From positions 22,568,001-22,632,000 of the forward strand of contig CM059427.1 of the NCBI GenBank assembly GCA_030390025.1: DNA of 64,000 nucleotides. The letters are read 5' to 3'. This document shows positions 1 through 13,585 of the stretch, piece by piece (position 1 is the stretch's first letter; each line of letters starts with the position of its first letter). The stretch is from Squalus acanthias (lineage: Eukaryota). Below the pieces are notes generated by a model that was given only the letters and a program-made list of their open reading frames with translations, had not been told where the DNA came from and searched no databases. The position numbers were made by a program, and so were the translations under genes.

Positions 1-30
1 AGTTGAAAAAAGTGAACTGCTGACGGATAC

Positions 31-514
31 CTGCAACTGTGCAGTTGTTTTTCTGCTTGGCATTTTGACGAGACTCTTTCATCCATGGGAAGATTTGCTT
101 GGTGAGAGTAGCAGCTGGGCTGGCAGAAGAATTTGGAATAGACTTGGTTCTTTTCTGTGTTGAGGTGTTGCTTGCATTGGGTGAGGGTGGTAAAGGAGGT
201 GGCTGCTGTGGCTCATTGATGCTTGGGGGCTGGGCAGTGCCCTGACTGCCACTTGTTCTCATACAGCTGCCATTTATATCGGAGGGCTTATGGTTTGGGG
301 CTCTGACACTAGATGTCTGAATGGGGCACGTCGAGCTCTGATAATCATTTTCAACAGACGATGGCGGGTAGGCCTGGTGACTAGAGCTGTAGCTGTATGC
401 GTTGGACTTTTGGTAGGAGTAACCACCGAATATTCCGGAGTTATCGTAGTAAGTCGTTTTTTGCATCTCGCTATTTCGAAATGACAGGGTCTTGACACCC
501 TTATCGAATAGCAT
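31..514 (-). CDS. HOXD3: Homeobox protein Hox-D3, coding exon 1 (exon 2 lies beyond the left edge)
   Basis: Translated by hand (absent from the ORF track): [34 protein letters not shown]...[24 protein letters not shown]. This has the Hox3 N-terminus and hexapeptide, then a phase-1 donor G|GTATCC at 31/30. In-frame ATGs at 514 and 466. Confidence 0.95.
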
Positions 515-1958
515 TGACACCTTCGATCACGTGGCACTGTTACACCAATCGCCAGTCTGCAGCAGTCCTAGAGGTTATGAGGCAAAAGACGATAATGGTG
601 AAACATTAGGAACTCATAGTCCAGTGTGTAAAGCATAAAACGGCATTCCAGAAATAAAATCTCATATTACATCGGTTAGCAGAATTTGATTTTTCTCCTT
701 CTGCAAGTCTAAGAATTAGTATTTTACGAGACAATTAGTAAGTTGCTAAAATGTATAATATATTATTTGACAAATTCTGGAAGACTTTTATAATTTTACA
801 AGATGTTTAAGCCTTCCTGAGATCCGAGGAATTAGCTTCAATTTGTAAAATCAGCTCTTGAAGTAACTATTTTCAAAACCTGTAGAAAATATTTATAGTT
901 CAAATGATGTATAAATTATTGCTATTGCATTCCACTTCGATGGCTATTGATTAATATTTCAATACATGATGCATTACTCGTCTATTAATATATATCACAG
1001 ACAAATGATCCTCTTATAAATACTCTATTTTGATTTTTTAACAAATAATAATATAACAGACAGTTATGAAATGTAATCAACTCCATCATATGAAATATTT
1101 TACATCATATGGAAAACAACCAATGTTATACCATGGCTTTATTATTCTAGAGCCTCAAAGCAATAGAAGTCAAAGAACGCTAAATATGTCCCAGTCATGC
1201 TTGATATAAGTGGACCTCGGTGGGACACACAGTGCTATTCCAGATGGCTTCACTGATTGAGGCCATTTTTATAATGGTGAGAACCAAAAAAGGCCCCTCT
1301 TAAAAAAAGCGAAAATACCATAGTCACAGACGACTTATTTGCCTGCAGCATTTGCTGTGGGTACAGACCGTTTTATTCTGTGATCTAGACAGTGTTACAC
1401 AGGACATGATGGATCGGACCAGTTCCAAAACCTGAAAAACCAGCGAAGTGTTCCCTCGCCATTGTTGGTTTCTTTTTCTTCAACGTAAGAGAGGTTTGTG
1501 TGAAGCGAATGTGCTTCTTTCTGTTACATCTTTCTGCTTTATGACAGAGGACAGGCAGAGTAGTTAAAGTGTAACTAGCACCTATTCAATCTCTTTGTTC
1601 TAATTAAAACAGAGAAATAAGCAAGTCAGCATTTTACATCTGCACTCTGCTGCTTACATCGGCTTTAGTTTATGCAGTTGTCGGCAAAATATCACATATT
1701 ACTGGATAAGATTATCATTTTAGCACATGTATGACGAAAACAAATCATCATACTAAGCTAAATTGAAACAAAAAAATCAGCGAATGAATGTTTATGTTTA
1801 GCCTTTACTAACCGTCAACCTTTCTTTAAGTCAATAAACGTTCCATAATATTAGAATCGATTTGAGACAATGAAGGATCAGACTATTGTAACTGTAGCAA
1901 TAGCTGTTACATACACTATATTACATATCAACTATTGAAACATCCTCTTTTTACAAAA

Positions 1959-1962
<4 letters not shown>

Positions 1963-1997
<35 letters not shown>
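1963..1997. repeat. (TA)n microsatellite
   Basis: Perfect TA dinucleotide run. Confidence 0.95.
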
Positions 1998-1999
<2 letters not shown>

Positions 2000-2175
2000 T
2001 GTCTAGATCTTTTCCCACCCTAACACCACTCTGCTGAACAATCCTTAGGTTTTTGAGAATGTATTAGTAAACTAATTGTATTTTATTTCTCGCAATCTCT
2101 GGACAGGAGACTTTTTTAAAGTATGTATCTAACGTCGTGAGGAGACCTCCCAACAAGCCGATATCTGCATGAACT

Positions 2176-2207
2176 GGGGAGGGGAGGGGTGGGGGGGGGG
2201 GGGGTGG
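2176..2207 (+). repeat. G-rich tract, potential G-quadruplex
   Basis: GGGGAGGGGAGGGGT followed by a 14-G run. Confidence 0.7.
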
Positions 2208-3071
2208 TGCTCAGCCATAAAGCCAAACCTTTTTGATAGAAGCATGGTACCTTGTTCTCGGAGTTAGGTTGCCCAGAGTTATTTGTTAAACTGGGAGGTT
2301 ATTGCTGCGACTGGAATTAAATGATCAAAACGCGCATTAAAACAAATCACTATGAAATATATAAACTTGAAACGTTACACGAAAATGATTGGCCGGGGTT
2401 TTAAGTTTTAAGTATAATACCTAGTCTGCAAAATCATTTAAATAAAACATATTGCTGTATAAACCATCACAGCCATTGGACGTATGACTTATCTGGCTAC
2501 TATATCACGTCACAAATAGATTTTCTATTCATTTAGAAAAAGCCTTCAGCCATACAAGACCTGACATTATAATGAAATATGAGGTTTATGATCTGCGGCC
2601 TCCAAAGTTGCAGTCAGGCACACGTGCACATCTCAGCTGTTCCTTTAAGAAAAAATGTCATTCAATGTTTTGCTTTCCTGCTCTATGTTGTTTGTTTCTA
2701 TGTGTTTCTTTATATTTTGTTTTCTTTTGTTATCCAGCTTTCACTTCCTATCCATGCTCGCCATTTTAGTTTAATACATTTGGCATTATATTTCTGCCCT
2801 TTCCTTGGTTATTTATCTGAAATCTAATTATATTTCTGTTCACCCCCACCCCCTCTCCCCATCTAATCTGCGTTATGTGTAAGAGATAAGAAAGTAACCC
2901 AGTATTATTTACTGCCATGGGGTCTGAACCTTCGCCACTACAGCCAGCCTCCTCGTCTGTAGTGCATTTGAAGGCGCTATCTCCAGAATATCAAAACTAA
3001 CATTACTGTTAAGGTATTGTGAAAAGGCTGTGGTGAAGCGGCAGATCTGGTTCAGAAACACCAACTGCTTG

Positions 3072-3088
3072 TGAACTCTGCTTGAACC
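3072..3088 (-). promoter_or_regulatory. DR5 retinoic acid response element upstream of HoxD3
   Basis: Minus strand GGTTCA-AGCAG-AGTTCA. A Pbx/Hox-type site TGATTTATGG lies at 3106-3115. Matches the paralogue-conserved Hox3 RARE. Confidence 0.85.
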
Positions 3089-5545
3089 TCAATCGCAGCC
3101 ATGGGCCATAAATCATTTGGACAATGGTCAACTGTTTCTGCGTTCATCTTTCAGATCTTTCTTACCTTACATGTTTTCTAAATGCAAGGGTGCATCACCT
3201 AATACAAAGATTTGATAAGTAACACCTTGGTATGGGCCATCACCACTTTTTTTTGGGTGCGTTTTCGAATACATTGTCTGCAATCGTGGGGCCCATGGCC
3301 GAAAACTAAAGTAGCGAATTATTAAGTGCGTTTGGTCAATATAAATGGCAAGTCTTACTGCAAAACTGACGAAAACTGGAAGAGCGAAGGAGGTAACGGT
3401 GCCACATGCACCGTGAAAGGATTGAAGTCAACGAGTTCAATTTCCATTGTCCATTGTCGCACGTTTCAAGCATGGTGTGCGGGGTTTCAAAAGTTAAACT
3501 ACTTTAATACAGACACAAGACAATATCAAAACCACATCGTTCGTCACATTTTCCCTATCTATTTACTGTGTGTTATGATCCATTATTTTATCTCACTTGT
3601 ACTGTTTTATGTATCCAAGGCCAGACCACTGAACGGCAGTTTCTATCATTTAAACACTGAGCAAATAATCGCTTTCCGTTTTCTTTTAATTTTCAGTCTA
3701 ATATTAGTAGAGTAGCCTAAGAATTTAAAAGCCATCTATAAAGGTGGGCAGTTCGCTGTTATTAAGAAGCTAGAGCCCTCACAGTGCATATCAATGCACC
3801 TGTCAATGTGTGCTACGCAAAATTTATGACTGCTAGTGCTATGGTCGTAAACGCTTCACTACAGAATGAAAAGAAAAACACTTTCCAAAGACTTGCTATC
3901 TTCAGAAGTGTAAAACAGCTAGAGCGTAGGAGGAAAGACCTGAAAAAGAATGCCCATACTCCGCAAGTTTCTTATCTACGAGGCGTTTCGCCAGCTCTTG
4001 CAGGATTTTATATAAGCCATTGAAAGTTGCCAGGGAATTTAAAATACGTTTCCGGCCACAAGCTTTTCACAGCTAGCAGAACCGCATGGCTCGAGCGGGA
4101 GGAACTGAAAATTGTCTTTGATAAGCGCCAGCTGGGAGCCAAATTTGAAATCAAAGGTTTGATTTCAGGTATGAAGTCGGGAGAAAAAGGGGGGGAAATG
4201 GGAAAAAAGGCTTTTCTATTCTACTCAGTGTCTGGCGGGCGTGTTCAATATAATGTTATTAGTTATGTATGCTTAGTTATTTTAAATCGTAACTAATCCT
4301 ACAAAATTTCAGAACTTGCTTAATCATACGATATATTTTGTTAAAAATACTACTCAAATATTTGTTGCCTTCAGTTATCACTCTCCAGAAGAAGCAGATT
4401 AATGTTGGGAACTAACGATGTTGATTATGTTTATACTTTGCGGATCAGTTCTGGCAAGGAATCTGGTTGGATATGCACATCTGCTCATATTTCAGCTTGG
4501 ATCACGCAATCTCTTCCAGATCTGCGGCTGGTTCCTAAACTGTGGACATCTAAGAACTTTGTTTTAATTTGGAATGATTTGCCTTCTGCTGCATTTTCCC
4601 AATGTCCCTGGTACAATAATCCAGGTTTGCAGAGAGAAGCGGCAAGATCCGCACATAAAACCAATATTCACCCCGATTCAGCTTTTAACTTATTTTTAAT
4701 GAAATTTACTTTATTCTCTATACAGTAAGTGGGATAAACACATTCACTGTAGACTGTAAAAGTTGCATGAATTGTGCAGTCCCTATCTCCAATTCACAAT
4801 CTGTCCTTGTCCACAAATATGACTCCAATGTACAACCCGATTAAATTATAAACTAGGTATTTGGTACGAGCAAATGTGTCTCTTGTCTAAGTGTGATGTG
4901 AGTTGCAAAAGAGAAAGGGATGGAAACTAATATATCAAGTTGAAACTGAGCGGGAAAGATTAAACAATAATGTTTGTAGAACTGGAGTGAAAGTAACGGG
5001 AGGGAATATTACAGTTCGAACGAATCACTTTCAACGCTTCATAAATCTTTCCCCTTCTAAAGATTGCAGATTTACCGAAACGCACACAGATTAGCATATT
5101 GACTATAAACATACCTTATTCTGTGTATTAAGAGTTGCCATAAAGTGATTAGCTTAACTAAAATTTCATTTCCACCCGTTTTCAATTTTATTGGTTCTTG
5201 TGAAGGCCTTTATGATTTGCAATCCAGACGTGTTAACATGATGCAGACCAAGTTATCAGAATTACCGATTATTTTACAAAAGTAATGGTTCTAGCACACA
5301 GTAGAAGCAGATTCACAGGCAGAAAACTCGAGGATAGCCACAAACGAAGAAACCAGGATCACGTCCCTGCGTATTCAAAGAATGTGTTTCATTTCTTCTC
5401 TGTGTGTTCTGGTGATTAAGATATAAAACCTTGAACTAATTCCCCATGGGTAAATCTCAGTTATTTATTAAACACACAGAGTCCAACGGAACACCGAATT
5501 CAGTGTTGTTGAAAGCGGAAAGGAGAGAAAAGTGAAACAACTCAC

Positions 5546-5625
5546 CACACACAATGTTTCTATCTGCTTTTCTTTGGCTTGGATTTGGAATCTGTCCGGA
5601 TTGACCAGAGGCCGCTGGCTTTGTT
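5546..5625 (-). other. Putative internal non-coding 5' UTR exon of HoxD3 (80 nt)
   Basis: Strong acceptor TTTTCTTCTTTCAG| and donor GTG|GTGAGT bracket 80 nt. Vertebrate Hox3 genes have such leader exons. Confidence 0.65.
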
Positions 5626-8600
5626 CTGAAAGAAGAAAATGTAATTAAATACTTTCAAATCTATTAATACTATTTCTCTATATCCTATATATTTTAGGTC
5701 ATCTTCCTGGCTGCTATCAAACAAAGAAAGGAAAAGAACTTGCAACAGGCCGTGCAGATTCACTTTTGTTCTTACACAATGTATTGGCTTTATTATTTAC
5801 ATAAAAAATGTGTGGGAAAAAAACAATGTTTCCTTGTGGGCTTTAATCCAATAACTATGGCATTTGACATTTTTTTTTAAAAAGAAAAAAATTACTAGGC
5901 ATCATTTTATTTCCTCCAGAAATTAGAAACACGATGTTACTGAATAGTAATGTTGTGTGATTAATGAGTGCGAGCCGCATTGTCAGTGAATTCAAAAAAC
6001 AACGAAAGAACGGGTTAAATAGCTTTAATTTTGGTAATGATTAAAATACGTAATTTGGCTTTTATTTGGAAATATTTGACAAAGAATGCCTCCCGATAAT
6101 TTGAATACACGATAACAAATCATTTATTTCAAGCTATTTTCATAATTCAAATTGTTATTGCGGTAACATAAATCCATTAACAGCACCGAGCATTTCATAT
6201 CGAAACTCCCATTTAAAGTGCCAGAAATGTGCCTCGAGGGTGGACTTATTACCCAATGAGCATGATATTTTGGGGCCTACTGCACTTGGTATGAAAATGC
6301 ATCGTTCTGTGGTGGCCTTTTAATGGAAGCTGGGTCTGAACGGAGCATTAAATAAGAACCACAATTTTATATCATGCAGTCTTTTGGTTTCCTCGAATCT
6401 GTTCCAAACCACTATCTGTAAACTGACAGTATCAACATTCTTCTTTATAAAAATAAATATTTATTTCTTTTCTCGTTGATGTTTAAATATATGCGTTTAA
6501 GGAAAACCTACCACTGTTGTCGAACATTTTGAAACAAGCCAACATAACAATACAAATATGGAGGTTTGCAAGAAAGAGCCTGGCGCCATGTATAAAACTC
6601 ATGAATAATGTATTATATTGACAGGCGGTTGGTTATGCTTTGTCATTGGGATACCAAACATCACGTATTATTTTATATCGATTAGGCATGATCATAATAC
6701 GCGCAATAAACAGCTTGGTTATACAAAAAGTAACTAAAATGCAATAATACAGCATCGCTGGAGCCTCTAAACAGGCTCCGAACTCCAAATCAATGTGGAA
6801 GAGGCGAACGCAAGCTGAAGTCGTGCATAAACTGTATTTTAGTGAATTTTATATCAATTCAAAACACATGCTTAAAATTTGGAAACACATTTAAGAAAAA
6901 CAGCAACAGTGGCAGATCAAATGCACAAAGAAATCGCGGTCATTAGCTGACAATATGTAAGAGTCATAAGCCTTTGAAATGACCTTTGGCTTGTACAGCA
7001 ATAACTCACCACTTAATGAACAACCAACGGAAGCGCCTCCACTACCTCACAATACAGCCCATCACATAACTTCACCATGGCTTTTCTATCCCTCTTTAAT
7101 CCCACTAAGGCGCAGCACTTTACAAACTAGTCTCACCAACTTGTGTCGATATAATTTGAAGTTGGAAGAGGATCCAAATCACAGTCGGCAAGGCATCAGG
7201 TCCTCGGTCCAATGCCTCCCACCATAATGTGTGTAATGTATTCACGTGGCCATACGTCAATTGAAAAGCTTTTATTTCTCTGTAATCACTGGAAGTAAGT
7301 AAAGTATTTGCAGGGTAAAGTCGCTACGTTCCAAGGAAAGCGAGTACAGTCGACAAGCTTTAAACACTTGGTTGCTTTCAAGCTGTTATTGATAACTTAA
7401 GTGTGCTCAGCTATGATCTGGACGGTAAGTTTTGAAACATCTTGCTTATTAATTTCGCAGCAGTGTAAGGGAGCTCTCATATTACCACCCTAAACACGTA
7501 TAAGCAGACTAACCGTTAGCAGAATGAATACGTCGAAAAGTTTTGAAAACTTTCTTTGTCACTTTCCTAAATTGCTAAACTGAGTTGGCAGAAAAACTTG
7601 GGAATGATTACGTGTTTATTACTTTTACTGTCTACCAGAGCATAATGGAGCAGGGTCTGTCTATAAGTCCAAGGCGGTTACTGTACGTGGTGCCTTAAAA
7701 GTTTTGACTTTATTCAGAGATGAAAAGTTTTAAAGCCACACTATCAAGCGAATGTTGCGAGTTACCATGACGTGAGCTGTAGAGAGGTTTATTGAAATTT
7801 TAGGTGAAGTTATAAGTGAGTGGCCCCATCGAGCAAAATGAAATGCTACTCACAGTAATTGGATTCAGCTGACTAACATGGCAGCCCAGCAGCTTCGAGG
7901 CATGCAGCAATGAAAAATGTTCGACTCAAAAGTTTTTACCGAGCAAAGCACATATGCACGTTGTGAAACAACTTTTATACCTGTGGACATTCTGAGAAAA
8001 TGTCCAAATCCACATACACACACACATGGATTTGGACAATTTACGTGTACAAATTTTCATTAAGAAAAAAGGAAACTTCCTCCATTATTAACAATAAAAT
8101 TACAACGAATAATACTATAGTTCTATTGGCTTTAAAAATGGAATTTAAAAAAAAAGCAACTTCAATCACACTCCCGATCCTACTTTCTATCTACATCAGA
8201 CCAACATCTTATATACAGTAATGACATTAAGATATTATGTCTAAACGTGGGAATTATAAGGCGTTTTGTGTTTTAAAATTGGAACATAATACAGTTGTAT
8301 TCGGGATAGTAATTAATAAAAGTAAGTGAACGCGTTTCTGGAACTGGAACAGAAATAACTAAGTTAACATTAAACATTTAAATTCCACTGGAACGTCGCC
8401 TAGACACCAGGAAATATGATTAAAACAGGATGATTTTGTTTCTGAGCATCTACACAAGCTGGTTAATAGTGAAGTGCATAACTATAAGAATATTGAATTT
8501 AATCTATTATAGAGACTATCTTCTGACACGATTATTATGAGTTAAAATAATATTCGATATTTTATATTTAATATATTTAAAAATACGGATATACTGAGTT

Positions 8601-9131
8601 CCTAGAAATTCACAAATTGTTTTCCTTGAACGACAATAACATTAATTGAGAAATAATTTATACAGGCTGCTGCAATAACTTTAGCCCGCAATATATTTCT
8701 GAAGCGCATAAATCAAAGAAGACTGCAGCCTGACGATAAGCTAGAGACAACAAATTAATGTGATTTACGATCTAAGTTTGCTAGTGACAGTTTGAAAAGT
8801 TCCCTAGGTTTCTATGCCTTTTTATTTCGTTTTCCTTTTACATAAAACCGCAGAATCAGCTAAAATACAGCCACAAGACAAATCTGGGACTGCTCTGGTT
8901 TGTCTGATCTAACCTTTCTCAAATTGCGCACTTTCGTGAAACAGCAAAATGTTCTTTATAAATCGCCATTCTTTGCTACAAAATCATTTTTCTGATCTGC
9001 TGCTGAAATGGAAACAATACACTAGTTTGTATCAGAATTTCATACAATTTGGCATGAAAAATATGCTCTCTTGCTGAAGGCATTATGCAAACCTACTGCT
9101 AAAGGTTGCATTTTATCATACGATTGCTTAC

Positions 9132-9562
9132 CTGTGTGTCAATTTATCATAAATCTGTGCTTCTCAAACTCAATCTCTTAGCCTGCAGCTGCGAATAATA
9201 TCCTCTGCCGTTTGTCTGCAGACAATGCTGTCTTAAACCAGATCTTGCGGTTTTACAGACATTTCGATACCAAATGCAGACGGTATTCCCGATAGAAATG
9301 GCTTCAGTCTCAGGGACAACTACCAATAAAAACGGCGTACAGAGATGCTTTAGCTTTAAATCTAAATCGAGACTTTATAATCGAACATCCAACGAGGAAG
9401 TGGTATTTATAAACCGGTAGGTATTCCTTTAAAAAGTTGCAATTTATGAATTTTATAGTGCAACGGATACCTTTTATAATCAGAAAATATAGGCGCTGCC
9501 TTAAGATACAGGCATATTTGTTCACGTGATCTGTGTTACCAGATTGTTCTGATTGAGCCAGT
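9132..9562 (-). promoter_or_regulatory. Putative HoxD3 promoter plus non-coding first exon
   Basis: Minus strand ACTGGCT...GATCACGTGAACAAATATGCC...TTATAAAAGG (E-box and TATA-like motif), ending at consensus donor CAG|GTAAGC (9132/9131). Confidence 0.65.
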
Positions 9563-12500
9563 AAGTTGAGCCAGCGCTACCTCACTAACATCTCTTTAAT
9601 ATGGATTGTTTGGGGCTTTGAGTCACTTCTTACATTAACACTAATGGGGAGCTGAGTGAAAATTAAATATTCTGTGCTGTACTTGAAAAAGCATTGTGAG
9701 GTTAGACTTCACTGGTACCGTCTTTCAGCACAGTACCACGTTTACTAATCTGAACAATAGATTTGTATTTTATTGCTATTTCACAGCTTCTATGGTTGTA
9801 TATTGTATATCATCATTCCTCGCGGTGTGTTGAGTTAATTATTGCACTCATTTATTTAATAAAACTAAAGAAGTATTATTTTTGTAGAATCAGATTTGTA
9901 GATATGTATAACTAAGGCGACGTATTTATATAAAATACTTAATTCGGTTTAAAATATTTTAGTATTTTCCAAACCAGATACATCAATTGGCCTCAAAACC
10001 AACACAAAAGCTTCGAATAAAACGACGAATTCTGCATTGGAACTACAACAAGCATATATTTAGGTTAAATATTGTGGAGTGATCACATTAAAATACGCGA
10101 ATGAATTGGACTTTTTCTTTATCCTGATTAGAATTTGAACCAGTTGAGAGGCGCCGTTACAAATATAGAATGCTGCAACAGATAAGACTTCCGTGAAACT
10201 CAATCTCCCCTCTTTTCTGCGATGGCAAATTAATCATCGTTCGTAACTGTAGTTTTATGTAGTGAAATTGATGTCTGTGTGCTAGGAATTAATGTGGGAT
10301 TTTCCCTTTCTCTTTCAGGTGAAGCAATTTAAATCACAGGAACCAGTGGCAACTTCTAGTTATACAAATGTATCACAAAACCGGGCGTTGGATATTGGTT
10401 CATTCTGTCTCCGTTCTTATTTTGTTTTTTCCCGCAATTGCTTTGTTGAAATACAACGTTTTTAGTTATGGAAAATTAATTTTCAGTTGCATTCTATCGA
10501 ATTGCTTAATATTTCTGTTAAATGCTACTTCAAACTGTTTTTAATATCTGAAACATTTGTCTGTAATTTAATAGCAATAAAAAACATTTCTATTGACAGT
10601 AATGCATGACCTTATTGCACCTAGCGCTGGCTTAACGCAACATTTATCTAAATTACTTTACCCTCTGTGGCTCTGTATGGTCGTTATAGAAATATTGCTT
10701 TGCAATTACTGCATTATAAATTATTTAAAAAAAACAGTTACATCTCACTGTTTAGCTAAAGCATTACGTTCGTTCAAAAACTATGTTGAGTAAGTTCGAA
10801 TCTCTGTCTTCTGACGATTGTGTTATGGGATTTTGTAAAGAGAATAAATCTTTTGTGTTGTTTAATGTATCCATGTTTGTGACTTTGAAGTAGTTCCTGT
10901 TATAATATTGTTCGATCCCAAAAGTGTAAATAGACCATTTTATTACGGCAAGTTATGCCTTCGCTGATAATTTTATGAGGAGAGTAAGATGAAGCAACTA
11001 AGTGCTAATGCTTGCCACTGTGGGAACTCGGCTTTACGGGGAATATAATCAAATAGGGATCCGAAGACGTCTTCGACCGCAGCATATGTTCATAGAGCAA
11101 TAAAAGGGAGAGATTTACAATCTTCGCCTGGCCTCGGCAGCCTTGCACCCTTTCAGGAATTACTAGTAGTGATTTATAGCAGGGTTGGAAATTGTTGACC
11201 CCCCACACCATAATACTTTATTTCGATTTAATGAAAAAGTTGTAATTAAAGCGTTTTCATTGATTCTTGTCTGCCTGGTTCTTTGCTGGATTAGAATTTA
11301 ACGGTAGATGATACTGAGTTGAAGTGAGAGTCGGAAAACTAGCAACTTGGCGCCACAACCGCAGCTTTGTCATCAGTAAAACAGCGCTGCATTTGTCATC
11401 GGCGAATAACTGAATTAATAGGTTATTGTTTTAATGCATAATTTATTAAAAAAGGAAACGAACGTCGACTTTACACACGTGACGACAGCACATATTCAAT
11501 TTCCAGAAGTGTTCTGTGACAAAAGCAACGGAAGCAATAAATGCCGAGGTTCATATTGTAAAATATCTCCAACCAACTTAATAAAATCCTTTTTCAAAGA
11601 CATCTGTATTTACCACAGTAATTTATACAGTTTAATTACACCTTTAGAGAGAGGTTTAGGAACAGAGCTGTCATGATATGCCACTAAAACCCTACACTGT
11701 AATTTACAGTTATTGAAGAATATTTATTGGTTTATAATGCTATTACACTCTTTGCTACTTCAATTATGATGCTTTTGGAATGCAGGGTCCTCTCCCTTTT
11801 CTTTACAGTAAGGTTTTACATTCCTGTTCAATGTTACAAATGAAAATGTTTACTGACCATTTGCTTTTAATTTTTACCCTAATAATAAAACTTTTGCACG
11901 TCACTGTAAAAATGTCAATAATAAAAAGCCAGATCATGCTTGCACTTTACTGCAATGTATATGTGAGGCATACTTTAATACGGTTCCCTAGTATTGTCGT
12001 ACTAACATAGATTCAGCAAATCAGAATTGTGTCAGTTTATTACCTTATAAAATGTACCAATAGTGAAAATACAGCGTGTTCTTGTTCTGGGCATCAATCT
12101 CTAGCATGTATTCTTTAAATGAGTCAAACACACACTGCTAGTTATGTGGATACTCATTTAACCGGCTACTGTAGGAAATAAATACTCATTTACTGTATAA
12201 AAAAAACTCCGTAGGTTCAAAGGAGTCATTTGTTCCATCTTTTAAAGCAAAACATCGACTAAAAAAATAAAGCACCAAACGCCCATGAATATATTTTCTG
12301 TATACATAAGTACCTGCAATTGTTCTGCTTGAATCTCATTTACAGACTTTCCATTACGTCTCAAAGAAAACAAAATATATGACTCGTGGTATTCAACATA
12401 AGCTCAGGCCTCTATTTCGCTGTGTACAAATAGGCAGCAGATGCCATGACAGCCGGCATTGTTTGCAATAAAGCACAACTAAACCGTAAAATCTACGCCA

Positions 12501-12763
12501 TTTCATGACACACAACTACGCCTTAATAATAATCCCATCGCAGTCTTACTAACGTTTACCCCCCACCTCCAAAATGCAGCCGGTACAATTTTTTTGCAGC
12601 TGAAGTTTATCATAGTTGCTCCAAAATGTTAAAGCTAATCCGAATAGAAGGTCAGTATATCTGCCTACTACAACTTATAACTGTCGCCTGGTAGCACATA
12701 GTAAGAAGCAAAGGGCGCTATTCATCAAATATATATGACAGTTACATTCATTTGCTATCTTAC

Positions 12764-13000
12764 CAGAAACAAAACTAAAATTGTTTACCTACCAAGCTTC
12801 CATTTTTCAGTTTCTGGCAACGTACTACAACAGCAAAGTGTGATAGCGGACCATTTGTATATAATATTCTTGGGATCTGTTCACTTTTCAAGTGTGATAG
12901 AGTCCTTTGCTTGGCCGATTAATGACGACGCCGTGTTTCTTTCGGGACGTACTGCATTAATTATTTAGTAAATCACGTGGCCGAATCAAATATAAAAGGA
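12764..13000 (-). promoter_or_regulatory. Putative distal HoxD3 promoter plus non-coding exon
   Basis: GGCCACGTGATTTACTAAATAATTAATGCAG...GTCGTCATTAATC (E-box plus homeodomain sites). Candidate donors at 12792 (GTAGGT), 12788 (GTAAAC) and 12763 (GTAAGA). Confidence 0.55.
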
Positions 13001-13439
13001 TACATAGAATCTTACCACCTCTTCTGGACATAATCATAAAATGTAAAAGTCTTTATAATTTGAGAAATATTAGGTTGGTAAATATGTTTTAAAATTCTAA
13101 AGGGGAAAGACTAACAAATATGGCTGTTTAGAAGCGCTGGGCTGCATCAGCTTTTGTCCCACTTTGAATGACCAGCCTATGGCATGGTCGTATTGACTCT
13201 TTGCCTTCCTTTCAGCTGTTTCTCTTTCCAGACTAGAAGCGAAGTAACGGGGCGATGTATATACAAGAATAAAAAGACAGTGAACATTTCTCGTTTAAGT
13301 TTAAGTTTGTTAAGACCCATTCAATTAAACTAAATATTAAGATTGTTTCATATTTAAGAAGGTCAAATAATTAAAGGTGGGACATTTTATGCATGTATTA
13401 ACCCCTTGGATGCGCATAGACATAATTACACGCGTGTAC

Positions 13440-13585
13440 AGTAAGTACACATATACATTATCGCAAACACACATATGTATATATAAACACTCATACATAC
13501 ATACATCTATACATATATACGAGCACATCCATACGTATACACATGCATACACACATATGTACATATATGCATACATACAAAAACA
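13440..13585. repeat. Degenerate (TACA/CA/TA)n low-complexity tract
   Basis: Mostly alternating purine-pyrimidine sequence. It explains the spurious Y/V/C/H/T-rich ORFs at 13337-13764. Confidence 0.85.

Noticed and set aside
10300-10320. Strong plus-strand splice acceptor (TTTTCCCTTTCTCTTTCAG|G) suggesting an antisense lncRNA exon
   Set aside because: Single motif with no convincing partner donor or promoter. It cannot be supported without RNA data.
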